This document shows, piece by piece, positions 50,209-62,581 of a stretch of DNA of 64,000 nt. The notes under the pieces were generated by a model that was not told the DNA's origin, did not search any database, and saw only the letters and a list, made by a program, of their open reading frames with translations. This stretch comes from Candidatus Omnitrophota bacterium (GTDB lineage: Bacteria > Omnitrophota > Gorgyraeia > Velamenicoccales > JABMQK01), in the NCBI GenBank assembly GCA_028711115.1, contig JAQTSV010000001.1, positions 518,032 through 582,031 on the forward strand. Direction: 5' to 3'. A program made the translations under genes and the position numbers. How positions within the stretch are numbered: position 1 is the first letter of the stretch; each line of letters opens with the position of its first letter.

Positions 50209-52800
50209 ATGATAAGCACAGGCATAAAAGGTTTGGATGATGTAATTACAGGTTTGAGGGCAGGGGACAATGTAGTCTGGCAGATAGACGACATAGAGGA
50301 TTATGTTGATCTTGTTAAGTCTTTTGTGGAACAGGCGCAGAAGGAGCGCAAGAAAATTATATACATAAGATTTGCCTCGCATAAAGAGCTGCTTAAGCCT
50401 TCGAAACAGATAAAGCGGTACGAACTTAATGCCTACGCTGGATTTGAATCTTTTACTACAAAGGTAAATAATATTATCACGCAGGAAGGCGAAGGCACAT
50501 ATTATGTGTTTGATTGTTTATCAGAACTTCTTTCGGCATGGGCTACAGATCTTATGATAGGTAATTTCTTTATGGTAACTTGCCCCTATCTTTACGAACT
50601 TAAGACTGTCACGTATTTTTCCATATTGCGCAATAATCATTCTTTTAAATCCATAGCTATCATACGTGAGACTACGCAGTTGTTAATGGATGTGTACCAT
50701 AGCGAAGACGGTTGTTACATACACCCTTTGAAGGTATGGAATCGCTATTCGCCGACCATGTTCTTACCTCATCAAAAAGAAGGTGACAGGTTTATTCCCA
50801 TTACAGACAGCGTTAATGCCGTAAAGATACTGTCGTATATTTACGAAAAAGGAACAGAAGGCGCAAAAAGAAATTTGGATTATTGGGACCGTTTATTCAT
50901 TGAAGCAGAGGACTTGATTAAGAATAAGGTTCCCAAGAGCCAGATAAAAGATATGTTAAAAAAGTTATGCAGTATAATGATAACGAAGAATAAAAAAATT
51001 TTATCCCTTGCAATAAACAACTTCTCGCTGGAAGAAGTTGTAGATATAAAATCCAGATTGATAGGGACAGGTTTTATCGGCGGAAAGACCGCAGGCATGC
51101 TTCTGGCTAGAAAAATCCTGTCAAAAAGCAAGCTTTTGGACTGGCAGAAACTTTCGGAATCTCACGATTCATTCTACATAGGCTCAGATATATTCTATTC
51201 ATATATTGTGCAGAACCGCTGGTGGAAGTTGCATATACAGCAGAAGACTGAGGAAGGATATTTCAATATTGCAAAAGTTCTAAAGGAGAAAATGCTTTTT
51301 GGGGTATTTTCTGATGAAATTATGGAGCACTTTCAGCAGATTATAGAATATTTTGGTTCGTCCCCTATCATAATACGTTCGAGTTCGCTTTTGGAGGATG
51401 GATTTGGAAACGCATTTGCCGGCAAATACGAGAGTGTGTTTTTGGCAAATCAAGGCACGCCAGAGCAGAGGTATATTCAATTCGCCGAAGCTGTGAGAAG
51501 AATTTATGCAAGTACTATGAACGAAGACGCACTCGTATATAGGAAACAGAGAGGGTTGGATAAGTCAGATGAGCAGATGGCGCTATTGGTGCAGCGGGTT
51601 TCAGGGGCGTATCACAAACATTATTTCTTCCCCGACCTCGCAGGAGTTGGTGTCTCCTACAATACTTATGTATGGAATAAAAATATTGATCCGCAGGCAG
51701 GCATGCTCAGGCTCGTATTCGGTCTGGGCACAAGGGCGGTCAATCGCGTTGAAGGCGATTATCCCAGGATGGTTGCGCTCGACGATCCTTTACGCAGGCC
51801 ATATACGGAGAAAGACGATTTAAGAAAATTTTCACAGCACGAAGTTGATCTTATAAATACAAAAGAAAATATTCTTGAGGCTATTTCTTTCCAGAAGCTT
51901 ATGAGCGATAAGTCGTACGTAGACATAGACCGCATAGCCATAAAGGATCATGAAGCTATGCGTATGATGAGCGAGCGGGGCGCAAGAGATAAAGATTACT
52001 GGATATTGACATTGGATAATTTGTTTAGCGACGATAAACTGGCAGATTCGTTCAGGAAGATATTAGAATCTCTTGAGGAGATTTATAATTATCCCGTAGA
52101 GATAGAGTTTACAGTAAACTTTACACAGGATAATACGTTTAAAATAAACCTGCTGCAATGCAGGCCGTTGCAGACGCACAGTTTAGGCCCTAGGGTGGAG
52201 ATGCCGGATTCTATAAGCAGAGAAAACATACTCTTTGAATCACAGGGATATTTCCTGGGCGGTAATATCTCGCAGAAGATCGGACGGATTATATATGTTG
52301 ATCCGCAAGGTTATAGTAAACTTGCGTTGTCGGACAAACATGAAGTTGCCCGTATAGTGGGGAGTTTAAACAGAGATATAAAAGACAGAGAAGCGCTGCC
52401 CACTATTCTTATCGGGCCGGGAAGATGGGGGACTACAACTCCGTCTTTGGGCGTGCCGGTGAAATTTGCGGAGATAAATAATGTAACAGCCCTTGCGGAA
52501 ATTGCTTTCTCGGCTGGTAATCTCATGCCAGAATTATCTTTCGGAACGCACTTTTTCCAAGACTTGGTGGAGACGAATATATTCTATGTTGCGCTATTTC
52601 CCGAGAATAAAGATGTTATATTTAATAATCAATGGCTTACGCAGTTAAATAATTTGTTCGTAGAACTTATGCCGCAATCCAAGAAATATGAAGATATTAT
52701 CAGTGTCTATGATACAAGCGACAGAGGTTTAAAAATAATATCGGATGTGGTATCGCAGAAAGTTATATGTTTTTCAGGCGGGGAGAAAATATCTAGATGA
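50209..52800 (+). CDS. PEP/pyruvate-binding (PPDK N-terminal ATP-grasp type) domain protein with a degenerate KaiC/RecA-like N-terminal domain
   Basis: N-terminus STGIKGLDDVITGLRAGDNVVWQ resembles the KaiC/RadA lead-in, but no GxxGxGKT follows. The central part has PPDK_N-like motifs (IGGKTAGML, IIIRSSSLLEDG, FAGKYES, MALLVQR). I saw no GGxTSHAA swivel-His motif. Confidence 0.55.
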   Translation: MISTGIKGLDDVITGLRAGDNVVWQIDDIEDYVDLVKSFVEQAQKERKKIIYIRFASHKELLKPSKQIKRYELNAYAGFESFTTKVNNIITQEGEGTYYVFDCLSELLSAWATDLMIGNFFMVTCPYLYELKTVTYFSILRNNHSFKSIAIIRETTQLLMDVYHSEDGCYIHPLKVWNRYSPTMFLPHQKEGDRFIPITDSVNAVKILSYIYEKGTEGAKRNLDYWDRLFIEAEDLIKNKVPKSQIKDMLKKLCSIMITKNKKILSLAINNFSLEEVVDIKSRLIGTGFIGGKTAGMLLARKILSKSKLLDWQKLSESHDSFYIGSDIFYSYIVQNRWWKLHIQQKTEEGYFNIAKVLKEKMLFGVFSDEIMEHFQQIIEYFGSSPIIIRSSSLLEDGFGNAFAGKYESVFLANQGTPEQRYIQFAEAVRRIYASTMNEDALVYRKQRGLDKSDEQMALLVQRVSGAYHKHYFFPDLAGVGVSYNTYVWNKNIDPQAGMLRLVFGLGTRAVNRVEGDYPRMVALDDPLRRPYTEKDDLRKFSQHEVDLINTKENILEAISFQKLMSDKSYVDIDRIAIKDHEAMRMMSERGARDKDYWILTLDNLFSDDKLADSFRKILESLEEIYNYPVEIEFTVNFTQDNTFKINLLQCRPLQTHSLGPRVEMPDSISRENILFESQGYFLGGNISQKIGRIIYVDPQGYSKLALSDKHEVARIVGSLNRDIKDREALPTILIGPGRWGTTTPSLGVPVKFAEINNVTALAEIAFSAGNLMPELSFGTHFFQDLVETNIFYVALFPENKDVIFNNQWLTQLNNLFVELMPQSKKYEDIISVYDTSDRGLKIISDVVSQKVICFSGGEKISR

Positions 52801-52812
52801 AGAAAAAAATAG

Positions 52813-54462
<1,650 letters not shown>

Positions 54463-54480
54463 ATTTATCCCGGAGGGCAA

Positions 54481-55626
54481 GTGGAATTAGAAAGATGTGT
54501 TAGATGTACTTTGCCAATTACCTGGGAAACGCTCTATTTTGACGATAAGGGAGTCTGTAATATATGCAAGAATTGGGATGCCAAGCAGAAAGTAATCAAT
54601 TGGAAGACAAGAGAAAAACAGCTCCTTAGAATTTTTGAAGATGCAAAGAAAACGAAAAGAGCTTATGATTGCATTGTGCCATTCAGCGGAGGAAAGGATT
54701 CCACATTTACGCTCTGGGCGATTATTAAGAGATATAAGATAAAACCTTTGGTTGTGTCTTTTGACCACGGATTCTACAGGCCTAAAACGATTGAGAACAG
54801 AACAAGAACTTTCAGAAAGCTGGGAGTTGATGTTATTACCTTTACTCCAAACTGGCATATAGTAAAGAAATTGATGCTTGAGTCTCTTATCAGAAAAGGT
54901 GATTTTTGTTGGCATTGCCATGCAGGTATTTTTGCTTATCCTATGCAGATAGCAGTCAAGTTTAAGATACCGCTGATAATATGGGGAGAAGGCGGTGGTG
55001 AATATGAGGGTTATTTCAAATTTGAAGACATCGAAGAAACAGATGAGTGGAAATTTAATCGCAGAATAATTCTTGGTATGCGCGCAGAAGATATGGCTGG
55101 ATTTATAGGAGCAGAGCTCAAAGATTTACAACCGTATTTATTTCCTTCGAAAGAAGAATTAGATGAGATAGGCGTTAAGAGTCTTCCGCTGGGAAAATTT
55201 ATCCAATGGGATCAGCAGAAACAAGTTGAAATAATTAAAAGTGAGTTAGGATGGCAAGAGGATGAAGTAGAAAGCAATCTTCCCGGCCCGAGTTTTGATA
55301 AAGTAGAGTGTATGTTTGCCGGAATCAGAGATTATATCAAATACCTAAAAAGAGGTTTTTCAAGAATAACCCACAGAACGACAATTGACATTAGAAATGG
55401 CAAGATGAGCCGTGAAGCGGCGATGGAACTTATAAGGAAGTATGAAGCAAGAAAGCCCAAAAGTTTAACAGTATTTTTAGAATATTTAGGTATATGCGAA
55501 GAAGAATTTAATGACATAGTTTCAAAGCATCTGATACCGCCGGCTAAGCCAGTTGACCCTAAGACACTAATAGAGGGGCCGAAATTGCATGATCAGGATT
55601 TATGGTTTAGGGAGAACAAAATATAA
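54481..55626 (+). CDS. N-acetyl sugar amidotransferase (PP-loop ATP pyrophosphatase, WbuX/PseA-like)
   Basis: N-terminal zinc ribbon C.RC...C.IC. PP-loop motif PFSGGKDS. Followed by hisH/hisF paralogs as in wbuXYZ-type cassettes. GTG start. Confidence 0.65.
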   Translation: MELERCVRCTLPITWETLYFDDKGVCNICKNWDAKQKVINWKTREKQLLRIFEDAKKTKRAYDCIVPFSGGKDSTFTLWAIIKRYKIKPLVVSFDHGFYRPKTIENRTRTFRKLGVDVITFTPNWHIVKKLMLESLIRKGDFCWHCHAGIFAYPMQIAVKFKIPLIIWGEGGGEYEGYFKFEDIEETDEWKFNRRIILGMRAEDMAGFIGAELKDLQPYLFPSKEELDEIGVKSLPLGKFIQWDQQKQVEIIKSELGWQEDEVESNLPGPSFDKVECMFAGIRDYIKYLKRGFSRITHRTTIDIRNGKMSREAAMELIRKYEARKPKSLTVFLEYLGICEEEFNDIVSKHLIPPAKPVDPKTLIEGPKLHDQDLWFRENKI

Positions 55627-55645
55627 TAATAGTAAATAGAATAAT

Positions 55646-56257
55646 ATGAAGATAGGTATAGTGAATTATAAGTTAGGAAATCTGGGGTCTGTATATAGTG
55701 CATTTAAGTTTTATAATTATGATGTCAATTTGATTAACGAAATCAAAGATTTTAAGAAAAACGACTTGATTGTGCTTGCCGGGGTAGGCAATTTTAAAAC
55801 CGCGGTATCAAAACTTAAAGAATTAAAATTTTGGGATAAACTTAACGAAGAAATTATCATCTGCAAGAAACCAGTCCTTGGTATTTGTTTAGGAATGCAG
55901 TTATTTGCAGGCGTAAGCTATGAAGAAGAAAAAGAAAATGGTTTTGGATGGATTAAAGGTAAGGTAGTAAAAATCGAGGGTGTTTCTCTGAGAGTTCCTC
56001 ATATAGGCTGGGATGCAGTAGGGCCTTTGGATAATCAGCTTTTTCAAGGGATGCGAGACAACTTCTTCTATTTTATGCATAGTTATCATTTTATACCAGA
56101 AGACAAGAATACAATAATTGCCACAACAAAATATGGCGAGTTGGAAATAGTATCTGTTGTAAGAAAAGACAATATAACGGGTGTTCAATTTCATCCAGAA
56201 AAAAGCCAGGGCGACGGCTTAAGATTTCTTAAGAACTTTTTGATGACGATATCATGA
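55646..56257 (+). CDS. Imidazole glycerol phosphate synthase HisH-like glutaminase subunit (WbuY-like)
   Basis: Class I GATase: GICLGMQLF with the nucleophilic Cys, HIGW and a C-terminal FHPEKS. Confidence 0.8.
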   Translation: MKIGIVNYKLGNLGSVYSAFKFYNYDVNLINEIKDFKKNDLIVLAGVGNFKTAVSKLKELKFWDKLNEEIIICKKPVLGICLGMQLFAGVSYEEEKENGFGWIKGKVVKIEGVSLRVPHIGWDAVGPLDNQLFQGMRDNFFYFMHSYHFIPEDKNTIIATTKYGELEIVSVVRKDNITGVQFHPEKSQGDGLRFLKNFLMTIS

Positions 56258-57015
56258 CTTCTTTAAGAATAATTCCGTTTTTTCTGCTAAAAGGAAAACG
56301 TTTAGTAAAAGGGACTCAATTTAAAGATTTTAAAGACGTTGGCGATCCTCTGTCGCAAGCAATGATTTATGATGCACAGGGAGCTGATGAAATAATCATT
56401 GTTGACATAGAGGCATCAAGGGGCAATAAAATAATAGATACGAATATAATTAATCGAATGATAAGCAAATGTAGATTGCCTATCGGGGCTGGGGGAGGTA
56501 TTAAGACTGTACAAGACGCCGATGAATGTTTCAGGGCAGGCGCAGATAAGATAATCGTAAATACCCACGCTATTCTTAGGCCACCGTTAGTTAAAGAATT
56601 AGTTAAAGAGTTTGGTTCTCAATCTGTAGTTGTTTCTTTGGATGTGAGAAAGAATAAAGGCAGTGGCTATGATGTATATGTTTTTTCCGGAGAAAAGAAA
56701 GTTGATAACGATTTCAATACGCTTATAAAAAAGTTAATTGATTGTGGCGCAGGAGAATTCATTATAACCTCTATAGATAAAGAAGGAACGTTATCAGGTT
56801 TTGATTATGATTTATATGCGGTGGTCAGAAATCTGATTCCAGTCCCTTTGATAGCTTCAGGGGGTTGCGGTTGCTATGAAGACATAGTCAAGCTACATCA
56901 ACAAACTGATTGCGATGCTTGCGCTATAGGTAAGTTGTTATTCTTAAGGGATTACGATATTGTAAGGATTAAATCCTATATAAAAGGAAAAAAAGTTTTA
57001 ACAAGAGAAGCTTAA
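56254..57015 (+). CDS. HisF-like cyclase subunit (WbuZ-like)
   Basis: TIM-barrel HisA/HisF pattern: RIIPFFLLKG..LVKG, GADEIIIVDI, GGGI, GADKIIVNT, SIDKEGT and ASGG. Confidence 0.8.
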   Translation: MTSLRIIPFFLLKGKRLVKGTQFKDFKDVGDPLSQAMIYDAQGADEIIIVDIEASRGNKIIDTNIINRMISKCRLPIGAGGGIKTVQDADECFRAGADKIIVNTHAILRPPLVKELVKEFGSQSVVVSLDVRKNKGSGYDVYVFSGEKKVDNDFNTLIKKLIDCGAGEFIITSIDKEGTLSGFDYDLYAVVRNLIPVPLIASGGCGCYEDIVKLHQQTDCDACAIGKLLFLRDYDIVRIKSYIKGKKVLTREA

Positions 57016-57054
57016 CTTGGAATCATTAGATATTTAACTGATTGAAGGAGAAAG

Positions 57055-58140
57055 ATGAATGCGCTGCTTGTTTTAGAAGACGGGAAAATATTTAAAGGGA
57101 AATCTTTTGGTGCCGCCGGCGAAAGATACGGCGAAGTCGTATTCAATACCAGCATGACCGGTTATCAGGAGATTCTCACTGATCCATCATATAAAGGTCA
57201 AATTGTAATGATGACTTATCCTTTGATTGGTAACTACGGTATAAATAAAGAAGACGTGGAATCAAGACAACCTTTTGTGGAAGGTTTTGTGGTCAAGGAA
57301 TGCAGTAAGATTGCCAGCAATTGGCGAAAAGAAAAATCGCTGGGAGATTATCTTAAAGAAAATAATATTTTGGGTATTGAAGGCATAGATACGAGGGCGC
57401 TTACTTTACATATCAGAGAAGCTGGTGCAATGAAGGCGGTTTTGTCGACCGAGGATTTGGACGAAAAAAAATTAGTCCAGAAAGCCAGAAATTCGCCGGG
57501 ATTGATAGGTATAGATTTAGTCAAGGAAGTCGTCAATGACAAGATGTATGTATGGTCGCAGGTCAATAAAAAGGGATTTAAAGTAATCGTTTTAGATTGC
57601 GGGACAAAATATAATATTTTGCGAAAACTCGTGGAAAATAAATGCCAGGTTGTAGTTGTGCCTGCAAATACAGGAGCCAGCGAGATTTTGAAGCTCAAGC
57701 CCGACGGATTATTGCTTTCCAATGGCCCTGGCGATCCGGCGGCAGTTAAATATGTAATAGATACAACTAAAAGATTAATAGGAAAAGTTCCTATGTTTGG
57801 AATCTGCCTGGGGCATCAGATGTTGGGCCTTGCTTTGGGTGGCAAGACTTACAAACTTAAATTCGGACATCACGGTGCAAATCATCCGGTAAAAGATTTG
57901 AAGACCGGCAGAGTTTCCATTACCACGCAGAATCACGGATTTTGCGTGGATATAGGTTCTCTCAGCAAAAAAGAAATCGAGATAACACACATAAATTTAA
58001 ATGACCAGACGCTCGAGGGGATGCGGCATAAAAAATTGCCTCTATTTTCCGTGCAGTTTCATCCCGAGGCTTCTGCGGGCCCGCATGATGCCCAGTATTT
58101 GTTCGGGACGTTTATCAAAATGATGAAAAAATATGCCTAA
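57055..58140 (+). CDS. carA: Carbamoyl-phosphate synthase small (glutaminase) subunit
   Basis: [35 protein letters not shown] and QFHPEA. Confidence 0.9.
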   Translation: MNALLVLEDGKIFKGKSFGAAGERYGEVVFNTSMTGYQEILTDPSYKGQIVMMTYPLIGNYGINKEDVESRQPFVEGFVVKECSKIASNWRKEKSLGDYLKENNILGIEGIDTRALTLHIREAGAMKAVLSTEDLDEKKLVQKARNSPGLIGIDLVKEVVNDKMYVWSQVNKKGFKVIVLDCGTKYNILRKLVENKCQVVVVPANTGASEILKLKPDGLLLSNGPGDPAAVKYVIDTTKRLIGKVPMFGICLGHQMLGLALGGKTYKLKFGHHGANHPVKDLKTGRVSITTQNHGFCVDIGSLSKKEIEITHINLNDQTLEGMRHKKLPLFSVQFHPEASAGPHDAQYLFGTFIKMMKKYA

Positions 58141-61100
58141 AAGGACTGACATCGAAAAAATACTCATCATTGGCTCAGGGCCGATTGTTATCGGCCAGGC
58201 CTGTGAGTTTGATTATTCCGGGACGCAAGCCTGTAAGGTATTAAAACAGGAGGGATACAGGGTAATTTTGGTGAATTCAAATCCCGCAACTATCATGACT
58301 GACCCAGAGATTGCAGATAAGACCTATATAGAACCCTTGACTACTGAAGTGTTAACCAAGATTATCGCCAAAGAAAGGCCTGATGTTCTTCTTCCTACTT
58401 TAGGAGGCCAAACGGCTTTAAATTTGGCTGTAGCCCTGGCAGAAAAAGGTGTATTAAAAAAATATAAAGTGGAAACTATCGGTGCAAATATAAAGGCCAT
58501 AAAAAAAGGCGAAGACAGGCAATTATTTAAACAGGCAATGCAGAAGATTGGTTTGGATTTGCCCAAGAGCGATAAAGCCTATAATTTAAAGGAAGCCATT
58601 GTTGTTGTAGAAAAGATAGGATTCCCGGTGATTATCCGGCCGAGTTTTAATTTAGGCGGAACCGGCGGCAGCACAGCTTATAATATGGAGGAGTTTAAGG
58701 AACTGGCTGTGCGCGGCCTTGAATCAAGTATGATTAGCGAAATTCTCATCGAGGAATCAGTTATCGGCTGGAAGGAATTTGAATTAGAGGTAATGCGGGA
58801 TTTAAAGGATAATGTGGTGGTTATCTGTTCTATTGAGAATTTTGATCCCATGGGTATACACACCGGCGATAGCATTACCGTGGCACCCATACAGACATTA
58901 ACGGATAGAGAATATCAAAAGATGCGCGATGCAGCAATTGCCTGTATCAGAGAAATAGGTGTAGAAACAGGCGGTTCTAATATTCAGTTTGCCGTTCATC
59001 CCCAGACAGGAAGAATGGTTATCATTGAAATGAACCCTCGGGTTTCCCGGAGTTCTGCCTTGGCTTCTAAGGCAACGGGATTTCCTATTGCCAAGATCGC
59101 GGCAAAATTAGCTGTGGGTTACACATTGGATGAAATTCCCAATGACATCACCCAAAAGACCCCTGCCTGTTTTGAGCCGGCGATTGATTACTGCGTGGTA
59201 AAAATCCCCAGATTTACTTTCGAGAAGTTTCCGGAGGTGAAAGACATCTTGGGCATATCCATGAAATCAGTGGGGGAAACCATGGCTATTGGCCGTACCT
59301 TTAAAGAGGCATTGCAAAAAGGTTTGCGGGGGCTGGAAATGGGTAATTCCGGCCTGGATAATAAATTAAAATTTGAGGATATTCCCGACGAAGAAGTTAA
59401 ACGCAGATTAAAAGAGCCAAACGCTGCAAGGATTTTCTATATAAAATACGCCCTGCAGAAAGGCTATAGCAATGAAGAGATATCTTCGCTAACCAAAATC
59501 GATCCTTGGTTTATCGAAAACATTCGGGAGATTGTCAATTTAGAGGATTCTCTAAAAGAAGAGTTTAATAAAAATAAAAGTTTAAGCCTGGATTCGCTGC
59601 GCAGGGCAAAAGAATACGGTTTTAGCGACAAGCAAATCGCTGAATTCATTAACTCCGACGAACTTTCAGTGAGGAATTGGCGGAAGAAAAATGGCATTGA
59701 GGCTACTTTTAAATTGGTTGATACCTGTGCAGCAGAATTCCAGGCGCACACGCCTTATTATTACTCGACTTATGAACAGGAAGATGAAATCAGGATCTCC
59801 AAGAAGAAAAAGATTATGATTTTAGGCGGAGGTCCGAACAGAATCGGACAGGGAATCGAATTTGATTATTGTTGCTGCCACGCCTCGTTTATCCTCAAGG
59901 AATTGGGATACGAGACTATAATGGTTAATTCTAACCCTGAAACAGTTTCTACGGATTACGATACTTCTGATAAATTATATTTTGAGCCGCTTACTTTTGA
60001 AGACGTGATGAATATTATCGACAAAGAAAAACCCGACGGCGTGATAGTACAGTTTGGCGGGCAGACTCCTTTAAACTTAGCCAAAAGATTGGAACAGGCA
60101 GGAGCGCCCATTATCGGCACCAGCGTAGAATCGATAGATTTGGCTGAAGACCGGGAAAAATTTGCCAAGATTCTCAAGAAATTAAAAATTAACCAGGCGG
60201 AAAATGGTTCTGTGTTCTCCATGGAAGAGGCTTTGAAGGTTGTAAAAAGTATTGGTTTTCCTGTGTTGGTAAGGCCTTCTTATGTCTTGGGCGGCAGGGC
60301 CATGAGGATTGTTTATAATGAAGAGTCGCTGAAGTTATTTTTAAGAGAAGCCCACGATGTCTCTCCGGACAGCCCGATTTTAATCGATAAATTTTTGGAA
60401 GATGCCGTGGAGGTTGATGTCGATGCGGTTTCGGATGGTGAAATTACGGTTGTAGGCGCAATTATGGAACATATTGAAGAAGCCGGAGTGCATTCGGGAG
60501 ATTCTGCCTGCGTGCTTCCGCCTCATACTCTAGACGATGAAATTATTGACACTATTAGAAAATATACCCATGCTATATCAAAAGAATTACAGGTTAAGGG
60601 GTTGCTCAACATTCAATTCGCCGTAAAAAATGATACTGTATATGTTTTGGAGGTTAATCCCCGTGCCTCAAGGACCGTTCCCTTTGTGAGCAAGGCAATA
60701 GGCGCTCCTTTGGCAAAGATAGCAGCAGAAGTTATGGTGGGTAAGAAATTATCAGAGCTGAATTTTGTAAATGAAATTCAGCCGCAGCATATTTCCGTCA
60801 AGGAATCTGTGCTGCCATTTTCCAGATTCTCCGGAGTGGATATAATACTTGGACCGGAGATGAAATCCACAGGAGAGGTTATGGGCATAGATTCATCTTT
60901 TGGAATCGCGTTTTATAAATCCCAGGAGGCAGCAGGTTCTGCGCTTCCCAAGAACGGGACGGTATTTATCAGTGTGAAGAATAGCGACAAAAGAAATATA
61001 GTATTTATTGCCAAGAAGCTTTTTGATATGGGGTTTAAAATATTGGCAACAAAAGGAACGGCCAAGGTTTTACGTTCTAATAATATTGAGGTGGAGGAAG

Positions 61101-61381
61101 TGAAAAAACTAAGCAGCGGTAACGACGATATATTGCAGTTTATAAAAAAAGGAAGAATATCTCTGATTATCAATACCCCTTCGGGTTCGAAAGGCCAGTC
61201 TGATACCAGACCCATCAGAAGCCTGGCAGTTATGCACGGCGTGTCTTGTATAACTACAATTCAGGGAGCGCAGGCAGCAGTAAACGGCATAGAGGCCATA
61301 TTGAAAGGTAAATTGCAGGTAAAATCCCTCCAGGAATATCAGGCTAAACGTAAACTTCCGGGTAGTAAAACTTATAATTAG
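58133..61381 (+). CDS. carB: Carbamoyl-phosphate synthase large subunit
   Basis: Duplicated ATP-grasp halves ([24 protein letters not shown] / [21 protein letters not shown]) and a C-terminal MGS-like domain. Confidence 0.95.
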   Translation: MPKRTDIEKILIIGSGPIVIGQACEFDYSGTQACKVLKQEGYRVILVNSNPATIMTDPEIADKTYIEPLTTEVLTKIIAKERPDVLLPTLGGQTALNLAVALAEKGVLKKYKVETIGANIKAIKKGEDRQLFKQAMQKIGLDLPKSDKAYNLKEAIVVVEKIGFPVIIRPSFNLGGTGGSTAYNMEEFKELAVRGLESSMISEILIEESVIGWKEFELEVMRDLKDNVVVICSIENFDPMGIHTGDSITVAPIQTLTDREYQKMRDAAIACIREIGVETGGSNIQFAVHPQTGRMVIIEMNPRVSRSSALASKATGFPIAKIAAKLAVGYTLDEIPNDITQKTPACFEPAIDYCVVKIPRFTFEKFPEVKDILGISMKSVGETMAIGRTFKEALQKGLRGLEMGNSGLDNKLKFEDIPDEEVKRRLKEPNAARIFYIKYALQKGYSNEEISSLTKIDPWFIENIREIVNLEDSLKEEFNKNKSLSLDSLRRAKEYGFSDKQIAEFINSDELSVRNWRKKNGIEATFKLVDTCAAEFQAHTPYYYSTYEQEDEIRISKKKKIMILGGGPNRIGQGIEFDYCCCHASFILKELGYETIMVNSNPETVSTDYDTSDKLYFEPLTFEDVMNIIDKEKPDGVIVQFGGQTPLNLAKRLEQAGAPIIGTSVESIDLAEDREKFAKILKKLKINQAENGSVFSMEEALKVVKSIGFPVLVRPSYVLGGRAMRIVYNEESLKLFLREAHDVSPDSPILIDKFLEDAVEVDVDAVSDGEITVVGAIMEHIEEAGVHSGDSACVLPPHTLDDEIIDTIRKYTHAISKELQVKGLLNIQFAVKNDTVYVLEVNPRASRTVPFVSKAIGAPLAKIAAEVMVGKKLSELNFVNEIQPQHISVKESVLPFSRFSGVDIILGPEMKSTGEVMGIDSSFGIAFYKSQEAAGSALPKNGTVFISVKNSDKRNIVFIAKKLFDMGFKILATKGTAKVLRSNNIEVEEVKKLSSGNDDILQFIKKGRISLIINTPSGSKGQSDTRPIRSLAVMHGVSCITTIQGAQAAVNGIEAILKGKLQVKSLQEYQAKRKLPGSKTYN

Positions 61382-61533
61382 AGAGAGATTAAAAATGGTT
61401 GCCGAAGTTTATATTACTTTGAAAAGGACTGTTTCTGACCCGTAAGGCCTGCTACCAGTGCAAAAAAATAATCTGCCTACCCTCGACACCTTAATCTTCT
61501 TGTAGTTAGAATCGGGCGTGGTAAAATAAGAAT

Positions 61534-62574
61534 TTGATAAATATGCAAAAGTCAAAAACTCTTCTAGATAAAATTTCTCCTTATTTGATAAGCGCAGGGC
61601 TTGTTTTCATCATGACTGTGTTCGGTGAACTTGTCAAAAGAAGGCTTGAGCCGACAAATATCGTGATGTTTTATCTTCTAGCCGTCGTAATAGCTGCTAT
61701 TCGTTGGGGGCAGGGGCCGGCCATAGTAACCTCAGTATTGAGCGTCCTTGCGTTTGACTTTTTCTTAGTTCCGCCGTATCTCACCTTGAATGTCCACGAC
61801 TTTGAGTATCTTTTTACCTTTGCAGCTTTTTTAGTGGTTGGGCTTATTGTAAGCACGCTTACTTCAAAAGTCAGAGCGCAAATTATCCAACGCCAGACAG
61901 AGAAACTTCATTCAGCGCTCTTAAGCTCAATCTCTCACGATCTAAAAACACCGCTTGTTTCGATTACTGGGACTTTGAGCGCTCTTCTGGATAGTAAATC
62001 AAAACTTGACGCGCAGCAAAAGAATGAACTCTTGGAAACGGCCCGTGGTGAATCCGACAGGCTGAATCATATTGTAAATAACCTTTTGGATATGACCAGA
62101 ACAGAATCCGGTGTACTACGGATTTCTAAAAAACCGTGCGATTTGAGAGATTTCATAGGAGCGTGTTTTGAGCAGCTAAAAGATAAGATAGGCAGCAGAA
62201 ATATAAAAATAAACATCCCAAAGGACATGCCCGAAGTGGCCGTAGATTTTCCGTATATGCTCAAGGCGTTCTCGAATCTTATTGATAATGCTTTAAAGTA
62301 TTCGTCAAACGGTTCTCCCATTGAAATTGAAGCTTTTTTTATTGGCAAAAAGGCGCGCGTTTCTGTGCGAGATTATGGTTATGGAATTCCCAAGGAAGAC
62401 CTGGGGCGTATTTTTGACAAGTTCTACCGGGTGCAGCGCGCTCAAAATATATTGGGAACCGGTTTGGGTTTAAGTATTTCAAAAAATATTATTGAGGCTC
62501 ACGGCGGTCATATCAGCGCAGAGAGTATTTTTGGTAAAGGCGCTAAGTTTATTATAGAACTTCCGCTGGAGTAA
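61534..62574 (+). CDS. Sensor histidine kinase resembling the C-terminal half of KdpD (4-TM DUF4118-type module + HisKA + HATPase)
   Basis: TM module with FDFFLVPPY. H-box SSISHDLKTPL. N, G1 and G2 boxes (DNALKYS, DYGYGIP, GTGLGLSI). No N-terminal KdpD/Usp domains. Confidence 0.7.
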   Translation: MINMQKSKTLLDKISPYLISAGLVFIMTVFGELVKRRLEPTNIVMFYLLAVVIAAIRWGQGPAIVTSVLSVLAFDFFLVPPYLTLNVHDFEYLFTFAAFLVVGLIVSTLTSKVRAQIIQRQTEKLHSALLSSISHDLKTPLVSITGTLSALLDSKSKLDAQQKNELLETARGESDRLNHIVNNLLDMTRTESGVLRISKKPCDLRDFIGACFEQLKDKIGSRNIKINIPKDMPEVAVDFPYMLKAFSNLIDNALKYSSNGSPIEIEAFFIGKKARVSVRDYGYGIPKEDLGRIFDKFYRVQRAQNILGTGLGLSISKNIIEAHGGHISAESIFGKGAKFIIELPLE

Positions 62575-62581
62575 AAGTATT

